A program made the translations under genes and the position numbers. The notes under the pieces were generated by a model. That model saw nothing but the letters and a program-made list of their open reading frames with translations. It had not been told where the DNA came from and ran no database searches. From the NCBI GenBank assembly GCA_002104905.1, contig MCFE01000418.1, positions 14,268 through 78,267 of the forward strand: a stretch of DNA of 64,000 nt, written 5' to 3'. Below are positions 1 to 13,077 of the stretch, piece after piece (the stretch's first letter is position 1; every line of letters begins with the position of its first letter). This DNA is from Basidiobolus meristosporus CBS 931.73. Its lineage: Eukaryota > Fungi > Basidiobolomycota.

Positions 1-1100
1 CTCAACCTCTCTTCCTGTTACTATACTTCAAAGCTTTCTTTACTCAACATGGATCTGAATCTTGATTCTCCAAAGTCTGTAATAATTCCTATCAATCCTC
101 TCCTTTATGGGGAAGATGCTAGTGTTATTTTGTTTGCTGGTGGAAGTCATATTTAGACAAGATTAAGGCAATGAGGCTCATAATCTGTTGCAATTTAGGA
201 AGTGATTTGGATATAAGAAATCCATGAAGGAAGAGTGATAAAAGTTGAGCTGCAGTTTATTTATGAAGAAGCTCAGTATTTATACCTTTGTAGAAGTAAT
301 GCAACTGTAAATTAAGTAAGGAGGGTTTCTCAATATTCAGCAGCATACTATAACAGTTTCAGGCTTAATGCAAAATGTTTGGTAAGAGTATTAATTTGAT
401 CTTGACTATTGGGGAATAATCATAGTATTGTAGATCTGAAATGCAGTGGCAAAGTCAGGGCTTCAAATGAGTGCAGCAGTGACTAAGACTAGCCCACATT
501 TGTTAGGTAAGCTTTTAGCTACTGAATGCTTCCAAATAGTCCAATATCTCAACAGTTACTTCAATAAAATCTTGGAATTTCAATAGCCTCTTCAACATGC
601 CTTGATTTTAACTCCAGCTTTTGAATGTTCCTTTACAACTTTTGTATCTTAGTGCAAGGCTTTTCTAGCTCATTTAGTGTTGCAAACTGTGCTTCTCTTT
701 GGTACTCAGCCAAAGCAGCTTGTTGAGAAGTGCTCCAGCTGTAGTTAGCACTAACAGATTTCTTTAATGGATCCTAACTTTGTGAGAATTTAATAACTTT
801 AGCTTTACAGAGAAAAGGAAACAACTTGATTTTGTTCTTGTGCATCAGCTCAATTGCAGCAGCTATATTGTCAAGCACTTCTAGAAGCCCAATAATATTA
901 TCTCCTGAGAATCTTATGGTAATAGCACCCTTCAAGGGGGCTATTAACTCTGGGAGTGGTGTATCAGGCATTCTTCTTATGCCTCTTGATGCTTGTATAG
1001 TGATATGCTCAAACTACCCAGGTCCTTCACCAAATTCTTGTTTTGTTGCCCTATGATAAATCTGGGTTTGTGCTGCAATGTAGTAACAAGTCTGTTGTAT
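1..1100 (-). mobile_element. Highly degenerate retrotransposon gag-like remnant
   Basis: Minus ORF 774-971 (ITIRFSGDNIIGLLEVLDN...KIKLFPFLC) resembles the FSG-x-N motif at the start of fungal Ty3-type gag; the surrounding sequence is stop-riddled and CpG-poor. Confidence 0.35.
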
Positions 1101-1374
1101 AAAACAGCATCCAGTGTTGCTAATACTGAAGTGGTTTAATGGGAGCTTGATATGCCAATAGAAGATCCAACTTTGACTGATATTCTCAATCCTGGGCTCA
1201 AAATATACAGTAGGCAGTGTTACCTATGTCCACAACATTGTACTGACCTTTGGTCATTATTGGCCCAACTAGCATTGTTAGTAACTTTTGCTTATTTGGT
1301 AGTCCTTTTCCTCACTGTCCAGAGCAACTACATATCAGGAAGTTCTGACCTCCTCCTAAACCTAAAGGGATGTG

Positions 1375-1575
1375 GTAAAGGGGGCTCTAAAGGGGTGTCT
1401 GAAGGGGTGCCTAAAGAGTAAAGGGGCATCTTACAGTGGTCTCCAAAGGTAGACCTTAAACTGAATGGACACCTAAAGGGGCTTGTCTAGTTGAAAGGGA
1501 TTGTAATGTCTTTTCTAAGGGGGGCATTAGACAAAAGGGGTGTCTTTAGAGTGCAGGTGTTTCTTAGAGGGGACT
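1375..1575. repeat. Degenerate AAGGGG-core repeat cluster
   Basis: About 8 copies of (T/A)AAGGGG(G/T/C) motifs within 200 bp, e.g. taaagggggctctaaaggggtgtctgaaggggtgcctaaag. Confidence 0.45.
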
Positions 1576-1877
1576 CTTCCAACAGAGAGGTGGTGGTCTT
1601 CTTATACAACTTAAATTGGATTATTGTGAGCTTTGCAGTGTCTTTACTGATACAGTAGCAACCAAAGTCCAAATACTCAACAGTGCAAGTGATGCAGTAG
1701 AAGTGTTGCAACTGGCAATCTTGCAATTGTAGTGTGGAGATTTGGGAAAGAGAGGCTCCATGTTATTTTTCTGCTAGGGAAGTTGTGGACTTGCAAAGCT
1801 GCCAAGCTTAAGAAAACCTAACTTTAGAACAGAGCTTACTCTGCACACATATGCTTCAGATTATACAATTGGTGGGG

Positions 1878-2246
1878 TGTTATGATATACTACTTGAATG
1901 TTTAAGTTAGAGCAGTTCTTAGTCAAATCAATTAGTTATATTCTTAGCCTATCAGTATATCAATGTTACATATCAAATCAGTAGCATTAGTCAGCAAATG
2001 AATCAGCAGATCCTTATCAGACTGAAATAGATATATTAAGTAGGATCCAATTGGGTGATGATGATGCAATCAAATGAGTCATCAGCCACAAACTACATTA
2101 CAAAATACAATTAGTCAGCAATTGATCTAGCAAAATATATTTAAGGAGCTGCTGGAACCTCAATAAAAGTCAGTTCAAGTTTTAGTGAATACAATACTAG
2201 CTAAACTCCCTATTCCTCTACAACTCTTATATCAAGACTTGTAACA
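1878..2246 (+). repeat. Putative 5' LTR of the Ty3/Gypsy element
   Basis: Begins TGTTA and ends TAACA (inverted termini). It is followed at 2248 by TGGTAGCAG, a PBS-like sequence complementary to the 3' end of initiator tRNA-Met, and then by gag. Confidence 0.6.
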
Positions 2247-5200
2247 TTGGTAGCAGCATTAACCAGAAAACTCCCATCTAAAGAAAGGAGAAGCCTCCCT
2301 CAAGATGTCCAAAATTCAAGAATGGAAGAATGCTATGCAGCAAATCCTGGCCCAACAGCAACAGCTACTCCAGATCCTTAGCCAGCAGCAACAAGGAATG
2401 ACTACCATGGTCCAAAGCCGGCAAACCCTGTCAAGAGCAACTTTAGTGTGAAGGTCAACTGGTACCATGGTGGAGTCAATGAAAACCTGGGAGCTGGGCT
2501 CTTCCAGATTGAAGAAGCATTCAAGGCTAAGGGAATTGCTCCAGAAGGCAAGTTACAATATGCAGCCTCTTACCTGGCAGATGTAGCTTTACAGTGGTAC
2601 TGCAAGAAGATCAGGCCAGCCACCATGATGGGATGCTCTACAATTTCTATCTGGGATGAGTTTGTGTTGGAAATTCAGGATGCTTTTGAACCTCCACACT
2701 AGCAGACATCACTAAGAAGAAAGCTGAAGACACTCAGACAGAGAGGAATGGTTTAAGAGTACATCTATGAATATAGATCTCTACTTGGACAAATTGGAAG
2801 AATGGACCCCCTGGATCAAGTGGAATACATTATTGATGTGTTGAAAGAAAGAACTCACAAGAAAGTGAATTGTCAAAGACCCCAGACTATTGAAGAAGCC
2901 ACTAAGATTGTAATTAACTATGACTCAGCTATGTTTGGAGTTGGGAAGCCCACAATGACTAATTAGTGAGGCTACAATCATTATGAAAGAAGACAATCAG
3001 AAGCAGTGCCAATGGAAATATATGCTATGCAGAAGAATCCTACATTGAATGAATGTAAGAAGAAAGGACTTTGCTTCAATTGCCACAAGCAGGGACATAT
3101 TGCAAAGTAGTGCCCTCAGAGAAGAAATGGACACCAGCCATCAAGAACCTTCAACCATACTGGAGCCCTTGAGTATATTAACATAGAGGATGAGCTTGAA
3201 AACAACTCAGAACTCACCTTCCATGAGACAGTAGAATACTTATCCCAGATGACCTCAAGCACAGGAAAGCTATTATATTTGAATGGAGTAATCAATGGAG
3301 TACCTGCCAAGATCATGATTGACTTTGGAGCATCACATGAGTACATGTCAGAGCAATTTGCTCTGAAAGCTGGAATCAACTTCAGTCTCAACAGCTGATG
3401 GGAACTCTCACATAATCAACCGTATTACTCAGCCAATAAGGATAAAGATCAATGACTATGAAGAAGCCTACAGGCCTATATATTTGGGAACTGCAAGTTT
3501 GACCTTGTTCTTGGAAATACCTGGCTATTTTGCTGTAATCCTTCAATCAACTGGAGAACCCATGCTACTCAGATCCAGAAGGACAACAAGACCTATGAGC
3601 CATTACTTGCCAGACTGGATTTCCACTTGGTCAGTTTCAATGTGTGTGAAACAAGTGAACTTAGCAAGACACAATTTTTTACAGCACTTAGAAAAGGCAC
3701 CCAGATGTTCCTAATGGCAGTATTACAGGAGGATTCCTCTACTCCAGTACCCCAGAAGGTCCAAACTCTTTTGAAGGAAAACTCAGACATATTTCCAGAT
3801 GAACTTGTAAGCCTACCACCAGTCAGAGATGTGGATTATACCATTGACACTGGAGATGGCCCTTCAGCAAGTAAGACACCTTACAGAATGAGTCCATTGG
3901 AATTGGAAGAGATGAAGAGACAAATATATCCGTTATTGGAGCAAGGATATATCACACCCAGCAAGTCACCTTGGGGAGCACCAGTACTCTTTGAGAAGAA
4001 GAAGGATGGAACACTTAGGATGTGCATTGACTACAGAGCCCTTACTCAGTTACCATGAAGAGTAAGTACCCCATATCTTGGATTGATGAGCTTTTGGACT
4101 AACTCAATGGAGCCACTATATTCAGCAAGATTTACCTCATATCAGGATATAACCAGATTAGGGTGAAGCCAGAAGACATCCCCAAGACAGCATTCAGGAC
4201 CAGATGTGGACACTGCAAGTACTTAGTCATGAGTTTTGGCCGCACCCATGCTCCTGCAACATTCATGACACTGATACAGACTGTGTTCCTGGAGTACTTA
4301 GACAAGTTTGTGATAATCTACCTAGATGACATATTGATAAAGAGCAAGACAGAAGAGGATCACATGGTGCACATTGGAAAGGTCTTGAAGAAGCTTATAG
4401 AGAACAAACTATATGGCAAGCTAGCCAAGTGTGAACTTCAAGGAACACATTGAATATTTGGGACACAGAGTGACTAGCACAGGAGTGACTTTAGACCCTA
4501 AGAAGTTTGAAGTTAACAAGAATATGAAGCAGCCTCATAGCACATCAGAACTTGGATCATCCCTTGGAATGGCTTCCTATTATCAGAGACTTGTCAAGCC
4601 CTTTGCAGGTATTGCAGCACCTTTAACTGATATCTGCAAGAATGACAATACCTACAAGTGGGACATAGCTTGTGAGACTGCTGTTCAAGTGCTCAAGAAT
4701 GAGCTTCCTAAGCTGCCAAGCTTAAGAATACCTGACTTCAGAAAAAAACTCACTCTGTGCACAAATCCTTCAGATTATGCAATTGGTGGAGTGTTGAGCC
4801 AAGAAAACAAGGGAAAGGACTACCCAGTTGCCTTTGAATCCAAGAAACTGAGTTCAGCTGAATAAAACTATCCAGTGCATGAGAAGGACATGCTTGCTAC
4901 AATACACTGCTTGAAGACATGGAGATGCTATATTGGAGGAGTCAAATGTACTGTGAAGACTGATCATGCCTCCCTCAAGTATATATTTACTCAGAAGGTA
5001 CTCTCTAGTAGAATGAGAAGATAGAGTGAATATATTCAGCAATTTGGTTTGGAGATTTTCTACTGCCCTGAGAAAAACAACACAGCTGCTGATGCGTTAA
5101 GAATAGAACAAGTTGCACTACTCAACTTGGTGTATGAATCAGATTGGCCTAGCCAATTACCAAGGTACTTGAAGGACCAAGCCATTCTTAGTGAGGTGGA

Positions 5201-5404
5201 TGAAGAGATCAAGAAGATATTAGACTTGTTCCGCTGGATAGTGCCACATAGTGCCAGCCTGTTTATGGTGCCGGATTGATCTGGCACTCTACGGCACTAT
5301 CTGGCACTATAATTTCTACCATGATGCCTGTGGTATGATACAGTTACTGGTAATTTTACTCAATCTTACTTATGTTGCTCAGAATAGTGCTTTCCTTGCT
5401 TTAT

Positions 5405-6289
5405 TTACTCTTCATAATGCTCCAGACACATTTCTCTCAGTGGATGTCTTCTTGTATGAACATACTGTGCATTAATAAGTATCTTAACTATTTTACCTAT
5501 TGTGCTGTTTTCTCCTATATATGACTTTCCTCTGTATTTACCTGCCAATATGCTGAATCTCTTCAGATATCCAAATGTGTGCTCTACCCCTACTCTGAAA
5601 TGATTAAATATCCCATTGTAGAGCTTCTGCTTCCTGCTAAGTACACCATTTCTTGGCTTCCTATAAGCTGTAATACATCCTAATCTCTGACAATCCTCTC
5701 CTATATAAGCTGAGTCTGCCATACATTTCTCCCCTCTACTGAATTCATGATGATTCTCTACCCAGAGTGCTTTGTCATGCCTACCTCCAGCAAATGGCCC
5801 ACTAAACCAGATGATGTTACCCTCAATGTCAGACAGTGCTTGAAACTTCACACAGTGTGCCTTGTAATTGCCAGAATAAAAGTGCCTCTGCCCTCTAGAA
5901 GGTCTGTTAATCCTCACTGGGAAGGTATCCAAAATACTCCTGATATGGAACCTGTTGCTGAACACTCTGGGATATGGAAGTCTATTGGAGCTTCTGAACC
6001 TAGTATTCCAAGCTTGCTCTAAGTCATTCATACCCTCTGCAAGGTGGTTCTCCATTGCTGTCAGCTGGGAATGAAAGCTTATAGGACTTTTGTTGCCATG
6101 GATGGTGGGATGAAACCTTGTAGGACAATAGTTCTTGTAATAGCAGAGAAGCTTGACAAGGGATCACCTTGAGTAGATTGGGGTTGATGGTCCACAGTAC
6201 TTGGAATAGATCTCCTCTAGTGTGTCAAAAGGAAATCCGGTGGTAGTGATGGGATTGATGAGAAAAGACCATTCAGATGAGTAAGTCAT
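5405..6289 (-). pseudogene. DDE_Tnp_4 (HARBI1/IS5-like) transposase, ~294 aa with one in-frame TGA
   Basis: Motifs ILDTFPVRINRP...FYSGNYKAHCVKFQALSD..G.I...SGPFAGGRHD, ADSAYIG and RVGVEHTFGYLKRFSIL. An ATG at 6289 is in frame, with a single TGA at 6164-6166 (plausibly CGA>TGA). Confidence 0.85.
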
Positions 6290-6648
6290 ATTAAGATTTG
6301 TGGATGATTGTATTAAGGCGGATTGAATTGATTTGGCGCAATCCGCCTTATTTATCTGATTTTTAATACATTATGGTTAAATCTCCATCAATTGCCATGT
6401 ATCCCATCATTATGTCGCAAAAATCATCTGCAAACAATGCCTTGGTACTTTTATTGATGCTTTAATCATAGGTCTATAATCAAATAGGAAATCTGCGATT
6501 GATGTGATCTGATCTGTGTCAACGCAATCCAAGATGCATCATGCATAATATATGGAAAATTCAACAATCACATTAGTTTTCATATATATTTCATATGAGA
6601 CCAGGTTGATGCCAATATACTGCTGTATAAGTATCCAAACTTGTTGCT

Positions 6649-7782
6649 ATGGTCCCCATACCAAGCCTCAACTCATCTTTAGTACAACCCAGACAAAACC
6701 CATCCCCCAGCTCACAAGCACGGTCCGGACCGGAAAAGTCAATGATGGATCCGTTCAAGTTCTTGCCAAATGATTTTAGTATGGCCCAAGTGTCTATGAT
6801 GAGCCTTCATACAGATATTTGGGCACTACTGATTAATCTAGCAGAACTAGATACCTCAGAGAGTCAACAAAGATGGAAGAATATGAGTAGAAAGCTGTGG
6901 CATGAGTTCTACATCAAGATGCCAGCCAATGTATGTAAAAAGATATATAACAAGACAAGTATTGAAATCAAGAATGAGCTGAGAGTGAGGGCATTTGACA
7001 AAGAAGCCGCGCGGGAACAATTTCACGCGCAATTTGCACAGTACGGGCTGGACGCGTCCGTTTGTGCCTCAACTTTGGGAACCAAAGAGATTTTGAATGA
7101 GTTTTTGCCTCAAATGACTAATGTACTACGTGATATATTAGTAGAGCTAAGTGGCTTCCAAGAGCAATATACACAGGACTCATCCAGGCAACAGCTCCAA
7201 AGTATCAGACAGAGGGTAAGTGAATACCTTGAGGAATCAGATGGTGAGCTTCAGGAGGAAGAATACAGACCGCAAGCAACATCATCCAGATTGCGCCAGC
7301 ATGCCTTGCTGGATTCCCTACCATCTCTTGCAACCACAGCGCGCCGGCGCACATCAGTCCAGAGTACGCCAACACCCTTTACCAGAATGCCCCACATTGA
7401 GTCAACGCGCGTGCTTCAGAGCAAAACTACGAGAACTCACCAAACTGCTCATTTAGACACAAGTCCATTGGAGCGGACCAAGTCGCGTCAACTTGCAGCA
7501 TCACATCAAACTCAGCCAAGGGCCATCTCAATGCGTCAAGGCATGCCTGCGCATGCCATTTTGCCTGACCATCAGCAAGTTACTTCTGGTGAACTGACTG
7601 ATGATGACCAACATGAAGTGCCTCAACCACCGGAGCCCTTGGCAAGTAGAAGAACGCGTCAGCACGTGGCACTACAGGCCAGTTCAGTTGGTTCAGTTGG
7701 AGCAATTCAGCGCGGCCAAGCTGTAGCATTGCACTCATCAACTAGGAGGCAAAATACTGACTACAAATACTCAAGTAGCTAA
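6649..7782 (+). CDS. Second ORF of the DNA transposon, unknown function (377 aa; helical N-terminal half, low-complexity C-terminal half)
   Basis: Long open frame inside the TIRs, divergent from the transposase. No motif recognised. Confidence 0.6.
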   Translation: MVPIPSLNSSLVQPRQNPSPSSQARSGPEKSMMDPFKFLPNDFSMAQVSMMSLHTDIWALLINLAELDTSESQQRWKNMSRKLWHEFYIKMPANVCKKIYNKTSIEIKNELRVRAFDKEAAREQFHAQFAQYGLDASVCASTLGTKEILNEFLPQMTNVLRDILVELSGFQEQYTQDSSRQQLQSIRQRVSEYLEESDGELQEEEYRPQATSSRLRQHALLDSLPSLATTARRRTSVQSTPTPFTRMPHIESTRVLQSKTTRTHQTAHLDTSPLERTKSRQLAASHQTQPRAISMRQGMPAHAILPDHQQVTSGELTDDDQHEVPQPPEPLASRRTRQHVALQASSVGSVGAIQRGQAVALHSSTRRQNTDYKYSSS

Positions 7783-10499
7783 GATGATAGTCAGCCAGGA
7801 AGTAGTGTAGGTGTGCAAAGTGAGTCACTACCAAATGCTTCAGTAGTAATCCCTGTGAGAAAAAAACCCAGGAGAAGATGATGCAATTGCTTTGAATTGC
7901 TCACATTTGTAATGATCCCAACAGCCCTTTTTTTTTGCAATCCAAATTGAGCCATTGCAAATCAGTGATCATCCAATTTTTGATATAAGCAATATCAAGG
8001 TTGTCTCACATTTGAGACAGAACCCCTATAAATAAACACCCTGCATATATATACATCATCTGTAATACCAGTGCAGCTATTGGATCTGTTTTGCACCTAC
8101 ACAATTGCTTGCGTGCTGGCTATGACACCTTGTCCAATCACTAGGATCAGGGATTTACTTGCTTGATGAGCAAAATGAGATATTTGATGGTGAATCAGGT
8201 AGCTTTTTTAGTAGTCAATGAGCCAATTGGGGGGCTGCCAGCTTCAGGATACTTTTGGACCAATTAACCACTGAGATACCGTCCAATTGGAGTGAGGGTA
8301 ACCAAAATGGTAAGTATTAGTGTAGTTTATAGTGTGATACACATTTATTTCCATTTACATTAAAGAAACATATCCAAATACCGGATTTTACCTGCCATAA
8401 TGGCGGTATCCAATTGCGCATGTGATGCAAATATTACAAGTTGGCGCGATCATCCGTTCCAACCTCATTGTGTCAGATTGTGCCATAGTGTGCAAGATTG
8501 TCCCGCATAGTGCAAAATTGTCCAAGAACAATCCTTCCTTCTGGTAGCTATAATATTGCGCCCAATTGTTCTTTACAACCGCAGATTGCGCCGCATGCCC
8601 TGGCACGGTACAATGGAACAAGTCTAATATGGGATGAAGCCAGCAAATTTGTGGTACAGAATGAAACACTGTACTAAATTGTGGATGGAAGCCTATTGCC
8701 TATTGCCCTGATGTTGCTTGCCTGGATTTAATACACAAGCCACACAGTAGATATGGACATCTTGGAATTGAAGGAACCTATAGCCTTGTGAAAGCCAGAG
8801 CATGGCGGCCCAGAATGAAATAAGACATTGAGAAGCTAGCAGAAACATCTCAAATTGCCAAATCAACCAAGGCCAACCGCAGAGAATTGCTGAACTCTTT
8901 CCATTAGAGCCTGTAAGACCATCTGAAAGATGGGAAATTGACTTTATTGGATGACTGCCAACTACCAGGAAATGCAACCATTAGATCCCAGTAGCAACTG
9001 ACCATGCCACCAAATGGCCAGTGGCTAAAGCAGTACCTGTAGCCAGTGAACAAGAAGTTGCAAGTTTCATCAGCCATGAGATCCTTATGAAGCATGGATG
9101 ACCTGTAGAGATTCTATCCAATAGAGGAGCAAACTTTATGGCAAAGACATTGGAAGCTTACCTAGAAATGCAGCACATTAAACATGTGAAAACCTTGGCA
9201 TATCACCCTAGAACCAATGGAGTCACTGAGCAACTTGATGGGTTATTTGGAAAAATGCTGACCAAGTATGCAAATGGAGCTGTCAGAAGATGGGATGAGT
9301 ACATAGACTAAGTACTCTTTGCATGCAGAGTTATAGTACACAACACCACCCAACAATTGCCATTTTACTTAGTGTATGGATGTGAACCAAGGATTCCAGG
9401 AGTTCTCACACAACCAAAGCTTGCAGATGCCTTAGTAGATGAGCTCAGGTAGCCAAGTACACACCAGCAACTGGAAAAAAGATGTCAAGAGGTACAGGCC
9501 AAAGTATCTCAAAGTGCAGAAAAGATGAAGCAGAGATTTGATAAGACTATATCACCAGAATCATTGACAGCTGGAAACTTTATATTGCTGAGAAACAATA
9601 CTTGGAAGAAGCTTGAGCCCCAATGGATGAGACCTTTTAAGATCATCAGAGAATGTCTTTTTGCTACTTACTACTAGTGGACAAGCTAGGGAATATCCAG
9701 GAGGAGCCAGATAACTTTGCATTATTTTTTGATTGCATATATATGGAAGTCAGTCAAACCAAAGGGGAAATAGTGTTACATATACTGGTGTATGTGTTGT
9801 CACAACTTTATTTCAAATGCTTACTTTGGTGGGTCATCATTAAATCTTACATTCATGTAGGTGCAATGTCTCAAATGCAAGACTGTCTTAAATTCACATG
9901 AGTATTGACCAAAAAGTAATATTATAGTGTAATGTTGTTGAAGGTCAAACTGTTTGCCCCATGGACAAGACTACTTTGATTCAATACCATAAGAGAAGAG
10001 ACAAAAGACCATGTGGCTATTGTAGCAAGTCTCTCAGCCATGATGCATGCAGACAGCATAGGAAGTAATACAAGGATCATGGCCAGTATTGTGCCACACA
10101 AGTCATATTTGACCATTCATCAGTCACTACTGTACCATCATTATCTTGCCAGCCAGTTGATGCTTCTATATTGGCACCAGGCTGTCTTTGTCACCTAAGT
10201 AAACTGAATCAGGTGAGTTTGTGATGCCAATAGGCTCACCCCAGCCTTCTGAATATAGATTTTGAGCCTCACTCCCCTAACAACAGTATTATGCATGAGC
10301 CCATCAAATCCCTATATGCCAATAGACAATACCCATTGAAACAAATGCCAAGAATACTTTATGGAGCCAAGTGAGCCCAGTAATCCACCTACTGGTAAAT
10401 GATATAATGTTGTGGATAGAGAAGTGGGGTACTTCCACTAATATCAGTAATGGGGGCTTTGAGGATTTATAACTACTTCTTGCCAAGATCATACTGGGA

Positions 10500-13062
10500 T
10501 GCAACTAACCATGTACATGGTACAAGTGGACGGCCGTCATGTGGCTGGCAACATATGATTTGGAGATTGTCCTGATTCCAGCATGTGTTAGCAGTTGCAT
10601 GGCATTCACATCCAAAAATGCTACCATTGCAAATGTCCAAGTTGTCAGGAATCCACCACCATCAAGGGAAATTATTGTTCACACTCCAGATATATTCCAG
10701 TAATACCCTGTCTGAGGAAGCAGATGCAGTCCAACAAATATTGCAAAGTTATGCAGTACTGCACTCAGTATCAATCAAGCGCAAATATATCCAATATATT
10801 TGATGGCAAACATTACAAACAGCTAAGAAGCAAGGGCTACTTTGAAAGTATGTATTACCATGCCTTTGCCTTAACACTTAATGGATTCTTGTTAAATAAG
10901 TACTCTACCAGCAAATCTTGATGGCCACTGATTCTCATCAATCTGAATCTCCCACCCATCTTATGGTATCAGAGCAATAATCTGATGGTAGTCTCACTGG
11001 TATCTGGGCCTAAATCACTGTCCAACCTGGATAGCTACCTGTATCCATGGCTGGATGAATCTTGTATGCTTTCTAGCAGGATAACAGTGCATATTATTAA
11101 CTGCATTGGAGATACCCCAGCCATCAGCAAGATAGCAGTTTTTTCCTGGCACAATGGACAGCATTGCTGTCAAATGTGTTAGATCCAGGGAATTTACTCA
11201 ATAACTCACACACATTACTATTACCAAAACATCCGCACTAAGAACATCAACTTTTCACAGAGAGAATGCACAGAAGCCAGCACGTAACTGCAGCAAAGTT
11301 GGCAAGCTATAGGCCATTGGCCAGAATATGGAATCAATTGGAAACCAGAGATACTTAAGATAGAGGGTATCTGTTGAAGCAAAAGCTTTCCACTGGGAGC
11401 AATGCACTACTTTTCAACAATATTCCTATACTGATGACCAAGTTGTACCTGGGGCATTTCAAGCTAAATGAGCCCTTTGAGATGCTGGAGATGTTTGAAA
11501 GAATTGGCAATATATTACATAGTATCCACTTGCCTAAGTACTTCTCACAGGCTCTAATCAATATTCATCTGCATATGCAACAATACAAATGCAAAGACTG
11601 GATGAACTGGATATGTATTTATTCAGGTGGCATTCTGAAGCCATTCCTACCAAGAGTATACTGGAAGCATTGGGAGTTATATGTGGACATTATTGGAATA
11701 TTTATCCAGAAGTGGATCACCAATGCCAACTTGACACATCTACAGCTGTTGTACAGGGAGTTTGCGACGGGATTCAAGTGGCTATACTACAAACATGATG
11801 CTTAACATGTAGATCTCTGCTACTAAGGTGTCCAATCTCTACTCCATCTTGCATGGTGTGTGGAGAATATTGGACCTTGCTTCACCTTTTGGGAGTTTCC
11901 TATGGAGCAGATGTGTGGGGAGATAGGAAGACAAGTTGAGTTGCAGGTACTACCATATCCCAATCCCATTAAGAATACTACCTGCAAGTCTGTCATGGAT
12001 GTGATGAGTTGGTGCATGGAGGACAGCCATGAAGAGTTGGAAAATACTGAGGACAAATGTGCACATGGAGACATCTATGCCTATGGCATTCAGAAGCTAA
12101 GCAGCCCCAATGTGTGGGTAATTAGTTAAGTAATTCAAAGTTGGGTTGGGTGCAACAGGCAACTAATCTTTATTAGAAAAACTCTACCAAGGTATGCCGG
12201 ATTTCTCCTGGTCACAAGCCAACTTCTGCACCATTCAATACAGAATTTTCACAAACAAAAGCTATAGTGCACCTATAGGGGGGACTAAAATCCAGCAGGG
12301 AGAAGGAATATATTGGCTAAAACCAAGAAGTTCTTTGCAGATATTCAGGAGGTATTCAGGGCAGAAGTGGCAACAACTAAGCATAAGTTTGCAAGATGTA
12401 TATGTTACCAACAGTACAAGGTATATGGCAACTTTGCAAGTGTTACACTAAAAAGCCGTAAATTTGAGGTGATAGAAGTATGTCAATTGTGGCAGGTGTG
12501 CATGTTTGTAGTGGTTACTAAGCAGGAGGCCATAGTTTTTTTTGATTTAAACTATATGTGGAATACTCAAGGTAGTAGTGGGTAAGCAAATAAAGATGGT
12601 GATTCTACAGTGGAATATATGAATTGCACAAGGGGAGGTAGAAAAAGGAAATATCATTTGGTAAATTGGTACAGTAGCATTATACCGAATCAGCTGTAAG
12701 TCATCATACTGCTAATATAATGCCATCAGAGTCTTGCCGTGAGGCCGTCAAAGAACTGTCAAGTTTCTTACCATATAAAGCAATTGGATATCCTGGCTGG
12801 TTGGATCCACTTGAAATAGTTGTAGAGTGCTAAAAGACTGCAGCAATACCATGCAATTATTGCCATAACACCAATTGAATCTTGTTGTGTTTTATCCCTT
12901 TGTTTGGTAGTAAAATCATCAAGACACCATTGTGATCCTGTAATAAGATTGTTAAGATGGTCACAAGTTCCAAGCTGCTGGTATTATGATGGTCTTTAAA
13001 TGGGATCCTGATTGCTGATCTGAATTGGATCCACCTGTGGGACCAAATTAATTTTCATAGGG
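10500..13062 (+). mobile_element. Degenerate CACTA/EnSpm-type (Transposase_21-like) element, copy 1
   Basis: Frames give IFDGKHY, ALTLNGF, WPLILINLNLPP, GDTPAISK...HNGQHCCQMC, YKCKDWMNW and HLAWCVENIGPCFTFWEFPMEQMCG (CACTA C-terminal motif). Terminus ...TTTTCATAGGG at 13062. Confidence 0.8.
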
Positions 13063-13077
13063 TTTAAATGTATGTAA

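Larger units (their letters stand above)
5221..8626. mobile_element. 3406-bp DNA transposon (PIF/Harbinger-ISL2EU/IS5-like, DDE_Tnp_4) with TIRs and ATAT TSD
   Basis: TIRs TAGACTTGTTCC (12 bp perfect, about 21/26 overall) at 5221-5246 and 8601-8626. ATAT lies on both sides (5217-5220, 8627-8630). Removing the element and one ATAT restores the Ty3 pol frame KKIWDEASKFVVQNETLY. Confidence 0.9.
1878..9790 (+). mobile_element. Degenerate Ty3/Gypsy LTR retrotransposon, interrupted at 5221-8626 by a DNA transposon
   Basis: gag (2448-2702); zinc knuckle CFNCHKQGHIAK*CP (~3070-3115); protease-like DFGASH; RT ([30 protein letters not shown]); RNase H (DYAIGGVLSQ...VAFESKKLS). Integrase resumes at 8631 (GHLG, WEIDFIG, ILSNRGANF, AYHPRTNG). 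PPT-like AAAGGGGAAATAG followed by TGTTA at 9774. Many stops and frameshifts. Confidence 0.92.

Noticed and set aside
9774-10200. Full 3' LTR of the Ty3 element
   Set aside because: Only the first ~12 bp resemble the 5' LTR after a PPT-like tract; the rest does not align by eye.
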